Shown here one piece after another: positions 17,399 to 29,600 of a DNA stretch of 64,000 bases. The stretch is from positions 159,147 through 223,146 of the forward strand of contig CAKPBB010000001.1 in the NCBI GenBank assembly GCA_934140005.1, written 5' to 3'. Under the pieces are notes generated by a model, which saw only the letters and a program-made list of their open reading frames with translations, was not told the DNA's origin and made no database searches. A program made the translations under genes and the position numbers. This DNA is from an uncultured Clostridia bacterium. Its GTDB lineage: Bacteria > Bacillota > Clostridia > TANB77 > CAG-508. Position 1 is the stretch's first letter. The number at the start of each line of letters is the position of its first letter.

Positions 17399-18415
17399 AT
17401 GAATTTTTTTGATAGTTTGGATAATAGAGAAATAGGAATAGATTTAGGAACAGCAAATATTTTAGTAGCTTTAAAGAAAAAAGGAATTGTTTATCGTGAA
17501 CCATCAGTTGTTGCTTTAGATAAAGAAACAAAAGAAGTCTTAGCCTTTGGCAATCAAGCAAAGTTAATGTTAGGAAGAACACCAGAAAAAATTGAAGCAA
17601 TAAAACCTATGAAAGATGGTGTAATTGCAGATTTTACAGCTACAAAATTAATGCTTAAATCTATTGTAACAAAGGTTTGTAAAAAATATAAAATAATTAA
17701 ACCAAGAGTTGTTATAGGAGTTCCATCAGGCATAACAGAAGTTGAAAAGAGAGCTGTTGAAGAAGCGGTATTATCAAGTGGAGCAGGAAATGTATTTTTA
17801 GTTGATGAGCCAATGGCTGCTGCAATTGGTTGTGGATTAAATACATCAGAACCAACTGGAAATCTAATTGTTGATATAGGTGGTGGAACTACAGAAGTCG
17901 CAGTAATTTCACTGGGAGGTATTGTTGCTAGTGAATCTTTGAAAATTGCTGGTGATGAATTAACTGATGATATCATGAATTATGCTAAGAAAAATTTGAA
18001 TATTATTATTGGAGAAGTTACAGCAGAAAATGTAAAAAAACAACTTGCATGTGCAAAACCACTTGTTACTGAAGAAAGTATGGAAATACGAGGAAGAGAT
18101 GTAATTTCTGGTTTACCAATATCAAAAGAGATTACATCAACAGATGTAGGGCTTGCAATACATGATTCTTTGCTAAAAATAATTGAAGCAATAAAAAATT
18201 GTTTAGAACAGACTCCACCAGAGTTATTATCAGATATTGCTATAAAGGGAATAATGGTTGCAGGTGGAGGTGCACTAATAAAAAATTTGGATAAACTAAT
18301 TTCAGAAAAAACTGAAACTCCTGTATTTATCGCAACAGAACCATTGGAGTGTGTTGTGAAGGGTACACAAAAGATTGTTGAAGATTTAACGCATTTAAAA
18401 AGAGTATTAGGATAA
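17399..18415 (+). CDS. mreB: Rod-shape-determining protein MreB (actin homologue)
   Basis: IGIDLGTANILVA, GVIADF, VDIGGGTTEVAVISLGG, MVAGGGALIKNLD. Confidence 0.95.
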   Translation: MNFFDSLDNREIGIDLGTANILVALKKKGIVYREPSVVALDKETKEVLAFGNQAKLMLGRTPEKIEAIKPMKDGVIADFTATKLMLKSIVTKVCKKYKIIKPRVVIGVPSGITEVEKRAVEEAVLSSGAGNVFLVDEPMAAAIGCGLNTSEPTGNLIVDIGGGTTEVAVISLGGIVASESLKIAGDELTDDIMNYAKKNLNIIIGEVTAENVKKQLACAKPLVTEESMEIRGRDVISGLPISKEITSTDVGLAIHDSLLKIIEAIKNCLEQTPPELLSDIAIKGIMVAGGGALIKNLDKLISEKTETPVFIATEPLECVVKGTQKIVEDLTHLKRVLG

Positions 18416-18458
18416 TTTTATGAAAGGAAGTATAAAGTATTTTATACAAAATTTTTAG

Positions 18459-19277
18459 ATGAATAGAAATAAGCAAACAGAATTTTTAGGTGGAATTATA
18501 ACTCTTATAATTTTAATACTATTAATATTTCTTTCAAATGTAAATATAGATAAGCTTTCTTATATAGAAAGTGCTGTTAGTAGTATAATAACACCAATTC
18601 AAAGAGTTTTTACAGATTTGAAAAATAAAGTTACAGGAAATGAAAAGTATTTTGCAGATATGGATACTTTAAAAGCTGAAAATGAAGAGTTAAGAAAAAC
18701 TAATAGTGAATTAGAAACAAAACTAAGAGAATTAGAAGTAATAAAAGCAGATAATACAACTTTACAAGAATATATGAACTTAACTCAAAAATATGCTGAA
18801 TATCAAACAATTCCTGCATATGTAATTAATAAAGATGTAAGTAATTATAGTAGTAATTTAGTTATCAATGCTGGAACAAATGACGGAGTTGAAGTTAATA
18901 TGACAGTTATAGCAGATAAAGGATTAGTTGGTCATGTAATTTCAGTGACAGAGAAAACAGCAAAAGTCCAAGTAATAATAGATGCAGCAAGTACAGTTAG
19001 TGCTAAAATAACAACAACAGAAGAAAGTATCATTTGTAAAGGTACTCTAGAAGGAAAACAAATCTTAAGGGTTAGTTATATACCGACTGGTGCTGAATTG
19101 ATACAAGGTGATAATGTTACAACTTCAGGAATTGGTGAGATTTATCCACAAGGTATACATATAGGAACTATAAAAGAAATTATAACAACAAGCAATATAA
19201 TAGATAGATATGCAATTGTAGAGCCAGCAGTTGATTTTGCAACAGTTACAAATGTTTTAGTAGTAAAAAGTAAATAA
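18459..19277 (+). CDS. mreC: Rod-shape-determining protein MreC
   Basis: N-terminal TM, coiled coil (LKAENEELRKTNSELETKLRELE), C-terminal beta-domain. Sits after mreB. Confidence 0.9.
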   Translation: MNRNKQTEFLGGIITLIILILLIFLSNVNIDKLSYIESAVSSIITPIQRVFTDLKNKVTGNEKYFADMDTLKAENEELRKTNSELETKLRELEVIKADNTTLQEYMNLTQKYAEYQTIPAYVINKDVSNYSSNLVINAGTNDGVEVNMTVIADKGLVGHVISVTEKTAKVQVIIDAASTVSAKITTTEESIICKGTLEGKQILRVSYIPTGAELIQGDNVTTSGIGEIYPQGIHIGTIKEIITTSNIIDRYAIVEPAVDFATVTNVLVVKSK

Positions 19278-19303
19278 GATTTGTAAATTAAGAGAGGATA
19301 TAT

Positions 19304-19837
19304 ATGAAAAAAATTGGTATTGGCATATTATTTTTTATAACATTTTGGGTTATATATTTATTAGAAGCAAATATATTTCCTTTTTTGACAATTGGTGGTG
19401 TTTTGCCAAATTTATTTATTATTTTTATATTATTTATAGGCTTGTTTGCAAATGTGAGCTATGGAATATTTTTTGGAGCAATTTGTGGTATCATCTTAGA
19501 CTTAATATATGGCAGTTCAATTGGTATTTCAGCAGTTATGTTATGTGTTGTTGCATATTTAGGCTCATATTTTGATAAAAATTTTTCAAAAGAAAATAAA
19601 ATAACAATTATACTGATGGTTGCAGGATCAACAATTATATATGAATTAGGATATTATTTCTTGAAATCAATAATATTTAATTTTGATATAGAATGGTGGT
19701 TTTTTGCTAAAATCTTATTTAAAGAACTTTTATATAATGTTTTAATCTCAATTCTTTTATATCCATTTATTCAAAAAATGGGATATAGTGTAGATAGAGT
19801 ATTCAAGAAAAACAATGTATTAACAAGATATTTCTAA
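19304..19837 (+). CDS. mreD: Rod-shape-determining protein MreD
   Basis: 177-aa polytopic membrane protein immediately after mreC. Confidence 0.8.
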   Translation: MKKIGIGILFFITFWVIYLLEANIFPFLTIGGVLPNLFIIFILFIGLFANVSYGIFFGAICGIILDLIYGSSIGISAVMLCVVAYLGSYFDKNFSKENKITIILMVAGSTIIYELGYYFLKSIIFNFDIEWWFFAKILFKELLYNVLISILLYPFIQKMGYSVDRVFKKNNVLTRYF

Positions 19838-19867
19838 TTTTATAATAACTTACAAAAAAGAAAGAAG

Positions 19868-21997
19868 GTGAAAGAGCTGAGGCAAAAAAGTGAAATTGAA
19901 AAGTCAAATTTTAGATACAATGTAATCACTACAATTATATATGTATTTGGAATAATAATACTAATCCAATTATTTAACTTACAGATAGTACATGGTAGTG
20001 AATATAGGGAAACATCAAATACAAGACTTTCTAGAGAAGGAAAAATAGAAGCTGCGAGAGGAAACATATCAGATAGAACAGGAATTGTATTAGCTTCCAC
20101 AGATTTTGGATTTTCTGTGGAAATGTATAAGACAAATGTAGAAAATTCTGTTTTAAATAATTCGATTTTAACAATGACAACAATATTAGATAAGAATGGC
20201 GATTCATACATAAATTCATTTCCAATAAGTATAAATCCATTTCAATATAATTTTAGTTCAGATGAAGATTTAACTGCTTGGAAGAAAAAATATAAAATAC
20301 CAGACACTGCTTCAGCAGAAGAAGCCTTTTATTTATTTAGAGATAAATATAGTATAGAATCAGATATTGTTGAGGATATTGCAAGGATTTTAGCTATAAG
20401 ATATGCAATTACTACACAAGGATATTCAAATACTAAATCAATTGAGATTTCAAGTTCGATAAGTAGAGAAAGCGCTGTTGAATTACAAGTTAGAAGTTCA
20501 GAACTTACAGGTGTAAGTATTGTTCAACAGCCAACTAGGAAGTATAATAGAGGAAATTTAGCTTCTCATATAATAGGATATGTAAGTAGAATAACAGATA
20601 ATAATAAAAAAGAATTTGAAGAACGCAATGACACACATAAATATGATGCAAATGATAAAGTTGGACAGTTAGGAATAGAAAAGGTTTTTGAAGAGTATTT
20701 AAGAGGCGAAGATGGAACAAAGCAAATCGATATGTCAGTAGATGGAACAATTACTGGTGAATATACATCACAAGAAGCTATTGGTGGAGCAAATATTGTA
20801 TTAACAATAGATGCAAATTTACAGGCAGTTGCTGAAAATGCTTTGAAAAATAATATTGAAAAAATAAGAACTAATGGATTTGGAAAAACTTATGATGCAA
20901 ATGGAGGATGTGTAGTAGTAACAAATGTAAAGACTGGTGAAATTCTTGCAATGGCTAGTTATCCAGATTATAATCCAGAATACTTTTATAATGGAATTTC
21001 TAATGAGCAATGGCAAGAATATAATAATTCAAAAACAACACCAATGAGAAATAGAGCTATTCAGAGTGCTTATGCACCAGGTTCAATTTTTAAGATGATA
21101 ACGGCAATAGCAGGACTTCAAGAAGGGAAAATTGGAATAAATGATTATATAAATGATGTTGGACAGTATTATGTTGAAGGAATGAAAGAACCATATAAGT
21201 GTTGGATATTTACGGATTATGGACATGGACATGGTAAAGTAAATGTAATTTCAGCTATTCAAAAATCATGTAACTATTATTTCTATGAAGTTGGAAGTAG
21301 GCTTGGAATTGATTTATTAAAAAAATATGCTAAATATTTTGGTTTAGGACAAAAAACAGGGGTTGAACTTCCAAACGAAGTTAGTGGAACAGTTCCAACA
21401 CAAGAGCTTGTCAAAGAAAAAGAAAAAAGAAATTGGTCTTCTGCAGATACAGTAATTTCAGCAATTGGACAAGGATATAATGATTATACACCAATACAAA
21501 TGGCTAAATATATTTCAATGCTTACAAATGGTGGTAAAAAAATTGATTTATCAATAGTGAAAAATGTAGTATTATCAAATGGAACACAGGTTGCAAAATC
21601 TGAAATTGATGAATTTGTAAAAAATAAGCTAAATATACAAGATGATACTTCAGAAGATATAGAAATTAATGAAGAAAATCTATCAGCTGTTTTAGAAGGT
21701 ATGAGATCCGTTGCTGAGGACGGAGGAACTGCATATTCGGTATTTAAAAACTTTGAAATAAGTGTCGGTGGAAAAACAGGATCAGCTGAAGCTGGAAAGA
21801 ATGTTAATGCTTGGTTTACAGGTTTTGCTCCATTTGAAGATCCAGAAATTGCAATTGTAGTAATGGTTGAAAATGGTGGACATGGAAATTATACAGCAGA
21901 AGTTGTTAGAGATATAATGTTAGAATACTTTGGTATGAATGTTGCTGAAGTAAAAGAAAATATGAGTGCAAGTACAGAAACAGAAAGCTTTAGATAA
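19868..21997 (+). CDS. Penicillin-binding protein 2 (class B transpeptidase of the elongasome)
   Basis: N-terminal TM. SxxK (GSIFKMIT), SxN (KSCNYYF), KTG (GGKTGSAEA). Confidence 0.9.
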   Translation: MKELRQKSEIEKSNFRYNVITTIIYVFGIIILIQLFNLQIVHGSEYRETSNTRLSREGKIEAARGNISDRTGIVLASTDFGFSVEMYKTNVENSVLNNSILTMTTILDKNGDSYINSFPISINPFQYNFSSDEDLTAWKKKYKIPDTASAEEAFYLFRDKYSIESDIVEDIARILAIRYAITTQGYSNTKSIEISSSISRESAVELQVRSSELTGVSIVQQPTRKYNRGNLASHIIGYVSRITDNNKKEFEERNDTHKYDANDKVGQLGIEKVFEEYLRGEDGTKQIDMSVDGTITGEYTSQEAIGGANIVLTIDANLQAVAENALKNNIEKIRTNGFGKTYDANGGCVVVTNVKTGEILAMASYPDYNPEYFYNGISNEQWQEYNNSKTTPMRNRAIQSAYAPGSIFKMITAIAGLQEGKIGINDYINDVGQYYVEGMKEPYKCWIFTDYGHGHGKVNVISAIQKSCNYYFYEVGSRLGIDLLKKYAKYFGLGQKTGVELPNEVSGTVPTQELVKEKEKRNWSSADTVISAIGQGYNDYTPIQMAKYISMLTNGGKKIDLSIVKNVVLSNGTQVAKSEIDEFVKNKLNIQDDTSEDIEINEENLSAVLEGMRSVAEDGGTAYSVFKNFEISVGGKTGSAEAGKNVNAWFTGFAPFEDPEIAIVVMVENGGHGNYTAEVVRDIMLEYFGMNVAEVKENMSASTETESFR

Positions 21998-22005
21998 AAG
22001 AAAGG

Positions 22006-22620
22006 ATGTGTAATATGCTAAACAATATTAAAATTAGTCAAACTACAGAAGAAATTATTTTGAATGTAAATGTAATCGCTGAGATTCAGGAAGTAATTGA
22101 AGAATTACAAACTAAAATTCCAAAATTAAGAGACTTTTATCAATCAGCTAAAATTCCAATCAGAGTTACAGGCAGACTTTTTACAGAAACAGAAATCGAT
22201 ATGGTTAAAAAAGTTATTAATGATGAAATTGATGTAGAAGTAAAGTTTGATGATGTATCTGATTTGCTAGGATTACATGCAATTAAGAAAACTTTTGAAA
22301 CCAAAACAGAGATATCAGAGACAAAGTACATCCAAAATTGTATACGTTCAGGACAAAAAGAAGAGTATTCTGGTAGTTTAGTAATATTTGGAGATGTAAA
22401 TGCAGGTGCTGAAATAATTGCTGGTGGAAATATAGCGGTATTAGGAACTTTAAGAGGAGTTGCACATGCAGGTGCTAATGGAAATACAATGGCTGTAATA
22501 TCAGCAAATTCAATAGATGTAACACAAGTTAGAATAGCAAATTTAGTTAGAGAAATTGAACTAAAAATAGATAAATGTCCAGTTTGCAAAATAAAAGATA
22601 ATAATATAGTTATTGAATAA
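22006..22620 (+). CDS. minC: Septum site-determining protein MinC
   Basis: C-terminal beta-helix GDVNAGAEIIAGGNIAVLGTLRGVAHAGANGN. No minD or minE follows. Confidence 0.85.
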   Translation: MCNMLNNIKISQTTEEIILNVNVIAEIQEVIEELQTKIPKLRDFYQSAKIPIRVTGRLFTETEIDMVKKVINDEIDVEVKFDDVSDLLGLHAIKKTFETKTEISETKYIQNCIRSGQKEEYSGSLVIFGDVNAGAEIIAGGNIAVLGTLRGVAHAGANGNTMAVISANSIDVTQVRIANLVREIELKIDKCPVCKIKDNNIVIE

Positions 22621-22783
22621 TTAAGAAAATACTAATAATACTAAAATTAAAGGAACTGATATATCACAGTTGTTTTCTTCAAATAATAATATTGCAAGTA
22701 TAATCAATAAAATATCGTCTAAATATAAAGATGTACCATTAAAATACATAATTGGTACATCTTTGCTTATATTACTGAAATTT

Positions 22784-23185
22784 TCAAGTAGTTGGTTTAG
22801 TATCATTATTTTTTTCGCCTCCAGTTGAATTAAATAATTCTAAAAGATTAAGTAAATTTGCATATTTAATATATTCATCTAATTTTTCTTGTTTTTCTTT
22901 ACGTAAAAATGGTTTTAAAGAATTTAGCAGGTTATTTCTAGGTATGTTTTTTTGATTCATTTTTCCCATAATATCTTTGATTTTTAAAATTGTTTGAATG
23001 TCCAGATTAAAATCACTAGAACTGTTTGCATTAGAGGTGAATGAATTTTGATTTGCTTGGGTATTCTGATTATTTGAACTATTAGAATTGTCAGATGTTT
23101 TATTTATAATCTGGTTTATATCTATATTTTTATCTTTTAGTATTTGTGAAAATTGATTCATTACATTTGATAAATCATCATTCAT
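22784..23185 (-). CDS. Hypothetical protein (133 aa, N/S/Q-rich centre)
   Basis: ORF with RBS (GGAGGTG). Its N-terminus is paralogous to the adjacent 41-aa ORF. Confidence 0.5.
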   Translation of the reverse strand: MNDDLSNVMNQFSQILKDKNIDINQIINKTSDNSNSSNNQNTQANQNSFTSNANSSSDFNLDIQTILKIKDIMGKMNQKNIPRNNLLNSLKPFLRKEKQEKLDEYIKYANLLNLLELFNSTGGEKNNDTKPTT

Positions 23186-23217
23186 ATTACACCTCCATGT
23201 TAATAATTGATATTATT

Positions 23218-23343
23218 TTACTGCTTTTTACCAATATTACTATCATTAAGAATTTGTTGTGCTTTTTTTATATTTTTTTCTAATTCGTCTTTATCCATTT
23301 TTGAAATCATTTCTAAAAGCTGGTTAATATCTAAATTATTCAT
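23218..23343 (-). CDS. Small protein (41 aa), N-terminal paralogue of the preceding ORF
   Basis: MNNLDINQLLEMISKMDKDELEKNIKKAQQILNDSNIGKKQ with RBS AAGGAT. Similar to MNDDLSNVMNQFSQILKDKNIDINQIINK of ORF 22784..23185. Not in the supplied ORF table because it is under 60 aa. Confidence 0.3.
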   Translation of the reverse strand: MNNLDINQLLEMISKMDKDELEKNIKKAQQILNDSNIGKKQ

Positions 23344-23487
23344 ATCATATCAATCCTTTCTTTCCGTTTGTTTTTTGCACATTAAGAGCATCGAAAAATA
23401 TAATTTTTACTTTTAAAATATTCTAATAATACTATATGCAGTAGTATTAAAAAGTTGAATAAAATAAAAAAGTAATAAAAATTTAAT

Positions 23488-23578
23488 ATTGAAAAAGTGC
23501 AAGTTTACATATTGTTGTTCCGTAGCACATTAAAGAAAAAATGCTTGTAATAATTGAAAAATGGCAAATTTTACATAT
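23488..23578 (+). promoter_or_regulatory. Two ~25-bp direct repeats ATTGAAAAA(G/T)(T/G)GCAA(G/A)TTTTACATAT upstream of giant gene 1
   Basis: Copies at 23488-23512 and 23553-23578. A related TTGAAAAAGTTTACATA lies upstream of giant gene 3. Confidence 0.4.
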
Positions 23579-23677
23579 GTACAAAGTGAAAAAATTGTTT
23601 TAGTATTATATATATTAATAAAAAGGTAATAGTATGCCAAGTTGGAAACAAAAGAAAATAAGGAAAGGGATTTGTGT

Positions 23678-26600
23678 ATGAAAAAAGCATTAAAGAAAAG
23701 TTTTGTAATGATGATTGTATTTATACTTACATTTGCAAATTATGGCTTTGCAATTAATGCTATTGCAACAGAAAGTGCGTCAGTGTTTGAAATGAGCATT
23801 TTCAAAAAAAGCAATATTGAATTTAAAGCATATTTTGATGGCGAAAATGAAAAAGAAAAGCTATCAGATGTAAATGATGAAGTAGTAATCAATGCAGAAC
23901 TTAACCCAAAAGTAGATGGAATATTGAAGGAAGGAAAATTGAAGCTAAACTTAGAAAATAGTGAAGAAGCAAACTTTGAAATAGTTTCAGTTACAAAGCA
24001 AGAAGATATATCAAAAGATTTAGAAGTTAAAGATATAAAACAAGAATTAACTGAAAACTTGAAGTCTTCAGAAGAGAATTTTAATAATATTGAAACTCAA
24101 AGTAAAAGTATGAATTCATTAAATGATGTTGAAAAACAAGCTGAAAGCATAGATTCATCAAGTGTTGATTTGAAAAAAGATACTTCTATAAATATTGCTA
24201 ATTCAACAGATAAAATAGTTGATATGACTGCAGATGAATCAAATACTTCAAATATGGCTTCAGATAATACAGTAGCGGATACATCTTCAAGTGAGAGTTC
24301 ATCAAATAGTGTATCAAATAATGTTAGCAATAATATAACAGATTTCAGCAAAGAAGATGAAGTAATTGATGAAGATAAAGTAATAGAAGAAGCATCAAAA
24401 GAAAAAGCAAATGAAAAAGAAAATGTATCATCAAATAGTGAAGTTTCTTTAACAGAAGAAAATGATATTTCAATAAGTAATGTAATAAGTAATACTAAAT
24501 TTAGAATAGTAATTAAATATAAACAAGGTGAAAAGATAAATATATCTGATTTGTATAAGAAATTAAATTTAACATTAGAAGGAACATTTGTAAATACAGA
24601 TTTAGAAGAAAGCCAAGAAAAAGAGAGTGAAACATTAAAATTAGGCTGGACATATAGTAAAGAAATAGAAGTGGCATCAGAATATAATAAAATATCACCA
24701 TTTACAGTAGGAAAAACAGTAGGAACAATAGTACAAAATGAGATATCTTTAAAAAGAGAAGTTACAGAAAAAAATTATTTACCAGTAAAAGAAACAAGTA
24801 TACAAGTTCAAGTTCCAACATTAAATGGCAAATATCCAACAGAGATAAGCGTAAATGCAAATAGATTGATGGCAACAAGAGGAGAAACATTTGGAGCAGT
24901 AACATTTACAAATGATAATTGGAGTTATAATGAGAAAAAACATACAATAGAAATAAAAGTACAGAATGAAGAGAATGGAACGGCAGTAAATAGTTACGGA
25001 GAAGATAATTTTGTAGTAGCATATAGATATGAAGACTATATAGATGCAGAGAATATAGAATTAGATAAAGAAGTAACAGTAAAAGTAGAAGAATATAGTG
25101 GTAAAGAAAATAGAGTACAAGAGAAAAAGATAGAAGAAAAACAAAATAAAGAGATAGATGCAGGAGAGCTAATAACATATACAGTAGGAACAACAGATGA
25201 AGCAGTAAGTAAAGGAAAAATAAATGCAAATTATTATTCAGAAACAGCATATGAGACAGAGATAAAAACGATAGTAAGTTTAAATATATTAACAAGTGAT
25301 ATGTTAGAAGCAATTAAAGTAAGAGGCACAAAAGAATCATATATAGATAAAAAAGGCGAGAGCTATGATGCAAGTGGAGATGTAAAATATAAAGGAGTAA
25401 ACTTTAATTATTCAGAAATAAAAGATATATTAAAAGCAGATGGAACAATAGATTTGTTAGATAAAGAAGGCAATATAATATATACATTAGATAAATATAA
25501 TACAAAATCAGATGAAAGTACAAAGATAGAATTATCAGAGTATACAGAAAATTTGCAAATAAGAATAAATAAAGTAAAATCAAATGGAACAATAAATATA
25601 GAGTTTGTAAAAGTAATAGGCAAGAGTAATTATAAAGCAGTAGAGTTTAATGATTTTAAGAGTATAAAAAGTACAGTAGAAACAAGTGTAAAATATGTAA
25701 AACAAGAAGGTACATTTACATTAAAGACAATGGATGTAGAAAAAGAGTTCACAGAAAGCTTTACAAGTGCAAAATTGTATATGAATAAAGAGTACTTAAG
25801 TACAGTAGAAGTAAATAAAAATGTACAATTAAAAATCGAGTTAAATAATAATAAAGAAACAAGTGATTTATATAAGAATCCATACTTTGAAATAGTATTT
25901 CCAAAATATGTAAAAGCAGTTGAGATTCAAGACATAAACTTAATGGATGAAAAAGGATTACAAATTAAAGATTTCCATACAGTAGAAGAAAATGGAACAA
26001 TCAAAATAAAAGTAGAATTAGAAGGAACACAAACAGAATTTGTAGGAGTAAATTTAACAAATGGAACAAATATAGTAATAAATGCAAATATAACAGTAGA
26101 TGATTATACACCAAAGAAACAAGATCAAGTAAAATTGTATTATTACAATGAAGCAGTAACAAATTATGTAATGCAAACAAAATGGAGTGTAAATAAGAAT
26201 ATGCCATCAGATATAATAAAAGTAACAAATGGCTTTGACTTGGCAGTATTCGAATATCAAGCTCCAACAGGATTAGTACCAGTAAATGAAATAAAGAATT
26301 ATGATGGAAAAGCCAATAATGTAAAGTCAGTAAAACAAGGAACAATAGAAAAACAAATAGAGATAAAACAAGAAACACAGATATCACAAATGAAATTAAC
26401 AGCATTAAATAATACAGGTAATGATTGTACAGATGTAGTATTACTAGGAAGAATCCCATTTAAAGGAAATAAAGATGTAGTAACAGGAGCAGACTTAGGA
26501 ACAACAGTAACAACAACATTAAAAGATAAAATAACAGCAGATGGAAGTAATACAGCAATGGCAACAATTTATTATTCAAGCAATCCAGAAGCAGATAAGA

Positions 26601-29600
26601 ACTTGTCAGATGAGAATAATGGATGGACACAAGAGATAACAGATATAAGTGAAATAAAATCATACTTAATAGTAGTAGATGGAACATTAGAAGCAGGAAA
26701 AGTATTAAATTATAGTTATGATTTTGAGATACCAAGTGAATTGCCATACGAAAGTGCAATATATGGATCATTTGGAGTATACTACAATAATAATTCAGAT
26801 GTAGCAGTAGTGTATGAAAGCAGCATAGCAGATAAAGTAGGATTAGTAACAGAAAAAGGACCAAAACTAGAAGCAAACCTAAGCGTAGATATAGGTGATG
26901 GAAATGATGTACTAGAAACAAGAAGATTAACATACACAGTAACAGTAAGCAATACAGGAAGTGTAGATGCAGAAAATGTAGTAGCAACAGTAGAAGCACC
27001 AGAAAATGGAATCTTTGTTATAAAAGGTGATGCTGAATATGCTTCAAGTATGGGCGATTATGGATTTATGCCATATTTAGAGGAAAATGTATCCGAAAGT
27101 GGAAAAGTGCAAATGAATTTACAATTTGCAACTATTAAAGCAGGTGAGAGCAAAGATGTTACATTCTATGTCAAATCGAATGAATTATTAAACATAGAAG
27201 AATATTGTCAAATGATGGGAACTCCATCAGGAAAAGATGAAAAAGGATACTATTATTCAGTAGTAAAAGATGATGGAGAAGATGATCAAAAAGATGTAAT
27301 TAATGATGAGAATAGAGATGAATATTTAGATGAAGATGGACTACCAAAGAAGGTTACAAAAGATGGCAAGGATTACTTTTTAAATAAAGAAAAAAATGAA
27401 TCAGGAGAATATACATTATTAATATATAGAGCAGAAGACGGTTCAGAAATATCTTTTACAGAAGGATATGAAATATTTAAGAAACAATATCATTTAGAGG
27501 AAGATAATCCAGATCAATCTGAAAATGATGAAGAAGAATATGAATATGAAAAAGTATATGTAGATAAAGTTCCGGATTCTTATATTGAAACAAAAGCAAA
27601 AATAACTTGTGAAAATTTAGCAACAGAATTTGAAACAAATACAATAAAAAACAAAGTAATTAAAGCAAATTTTGAATTAAGTACAAATTTAGATTATGAT
27701 GTAGCTTTGACAATTGGAGCACAAAATACTTTTGAAGCTACAATAACAAACTTATCTGATAAAACTTTGAAAAATGTTGTGGTTTATTTTAAAACTAGTC
27801 AATATATGAAACATATTTATTCAGAATCTAATATGGATGATACAGATATAGTTTCAAATGATGATACAGGAGTAATAACTTATAAAATAGGAAAATTTGA
27901 TTCAGATGACATTATAAAACTAAAAGCTATAGTTGAAGCTACTAATATACCTGTAGCAGATGAAAAATTTGAGAGTTATTTTGAAATTTCTGCACAAGGT
28001 GTAGAAAATGAAGTAGGAACTAAGATTTCACAGGAAATTGTAAAGCCTTTAATTACATCTAGATTAGTTTCAGTTTCTTCAAATGAATTAAAAGAAAATG
28101 ATACATTAACGGCAACTATCAAAGTAAAAAATGAAGGATTATTACCAAGTAGTGGAACAAAATTGCTATTTGATATACCAGAGATTATACAAGTTAAGAA
28201 AGTTACATATTTAAGCGGAGAAGATACCAAAAATTTATCAACAGGTAATGGTAATAAAAACGTAGCAATAAGTTTACCTGTTATAAATGCTGATGAAGAA
28301 CTTGATATAAATATTGAATTCTATGCAATAAATAGTAGTGGTACTGATACAACAGATGTAAAAATATCACCAATTGTTACGGTAGAAAATCAAGATAATA
28401 TTAAATTAGAAGATATTAAGTTTACTGTATTAAATGATAAATTAACACAAGATGAGGAAGATGAGTTAAAAAGAAGAGAACAAGAAGAAGCTGATAAAGA
28501 TAGAATTGATAAAGCTGAACAAGATATTATAGATAAAACACAAAATAACACTAATAAACCAGATAATAACCAAAACAATGATAATAACAATAATAGTAAT
28601 GATAATAATCAAGGCAATAATGAAGATAAATCAAACAACATTATAAACAATAAACCAAATGATACAAATCAAGATAGTAGTGATACAAAGCCATTAGCAA
28701 AATATGCAATATCAGGTATAGCTTGGCTAGATGAAAATAAAGATGGACAAAGAGATAGCAATGAAAAGTTACTAAATGGAATAAAGGTAAGTTTAATAGA
28801 TGTATCAACAAGTAAAGTAATACAAAATGTAGAAACAGATAGTAATGGAAAATATGTATTTAATAGTGTAGAAGTTGGTAAATATGTAGTTGCATTCTCA
28901 TATGATAATACAATATATGAACTAACAAGTTATAAAGCAAGTAGAGTAAGTGATGATAAAAACTCAGATGTTATAAAGAGCGAAACAAGTAAGATGGCAG
29001 TTACTTCACAAATAGAAGTAAAAGATAGAAACATTACAAACATTGATATTGGTTTAATTTCAAATAGCATATTTGATTTAAAAGTAAGTAAATACTTAGA
29101 TAAAGCAATAGTAACAACAAAGAAAGGTACAACAGAGTATGATGTAGATAATAAAGATATTGCTAAAGTAGAAATAAAATCAAAAGAAATGAAAAATTCA
29201 ACAGTAAAATTAGAATACAAAATTGTTATTGAAAATGTTGGAAATGTTGAAGGATATGCAAAACAAATTGTTGATTATTTAGAACAAGGATATGAATTTG
29301 ATGAGAAAGATAATTCACTTTGGTATTTAGGAAATGATGGATTACTTTATACAAATAACTTAGACAATGTAAGTTTAGCACCAGGAGAAAAGAGAGAGTT
29401 CAAATTAGTATTAAGTAAGAAACTAGATGAACCAAAAACAATAATAGCAAGTAATAAAATAGAATTAACAAGTAGTTTCTGTAAGGCAAACTTAACAGAA
29501 GGAAAAGATAATAATACAAGCGTACAAACAACGTTTATATCAGTAGCAACAGGTAGAACAATACAATATATAGCATTTATAATGTTTACAATAATAGCAA

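Noticed and set aside
17554-17976. Minus-strand 140-aa ORF inside mreB
   Set aside because: Antisense to mreB, a GC-richer conserved gene that gives open reverse frames.
19345-19575. Plus-strand 76-aa alternative-frame ORF inside mreD
   Set aside because: Out-of-frame overlap with mreD with no independent signals.
20031-21016. Minus-strand small ORFs inside the PBP2 gene
   Set aside because: Antisense artefacts.
22140-22589. Minus-strand ORFs inside minC
   Set aside because: Antisense to the minC beta-helix region.
23207-23416. Plus-strand 69-aa ORF
   Set aside because: Overlaps the better-supported minus-strand 41-aa ORF (which has an RBS and an N-terminal paralogue next door) and is hydrophobic low-complexity.
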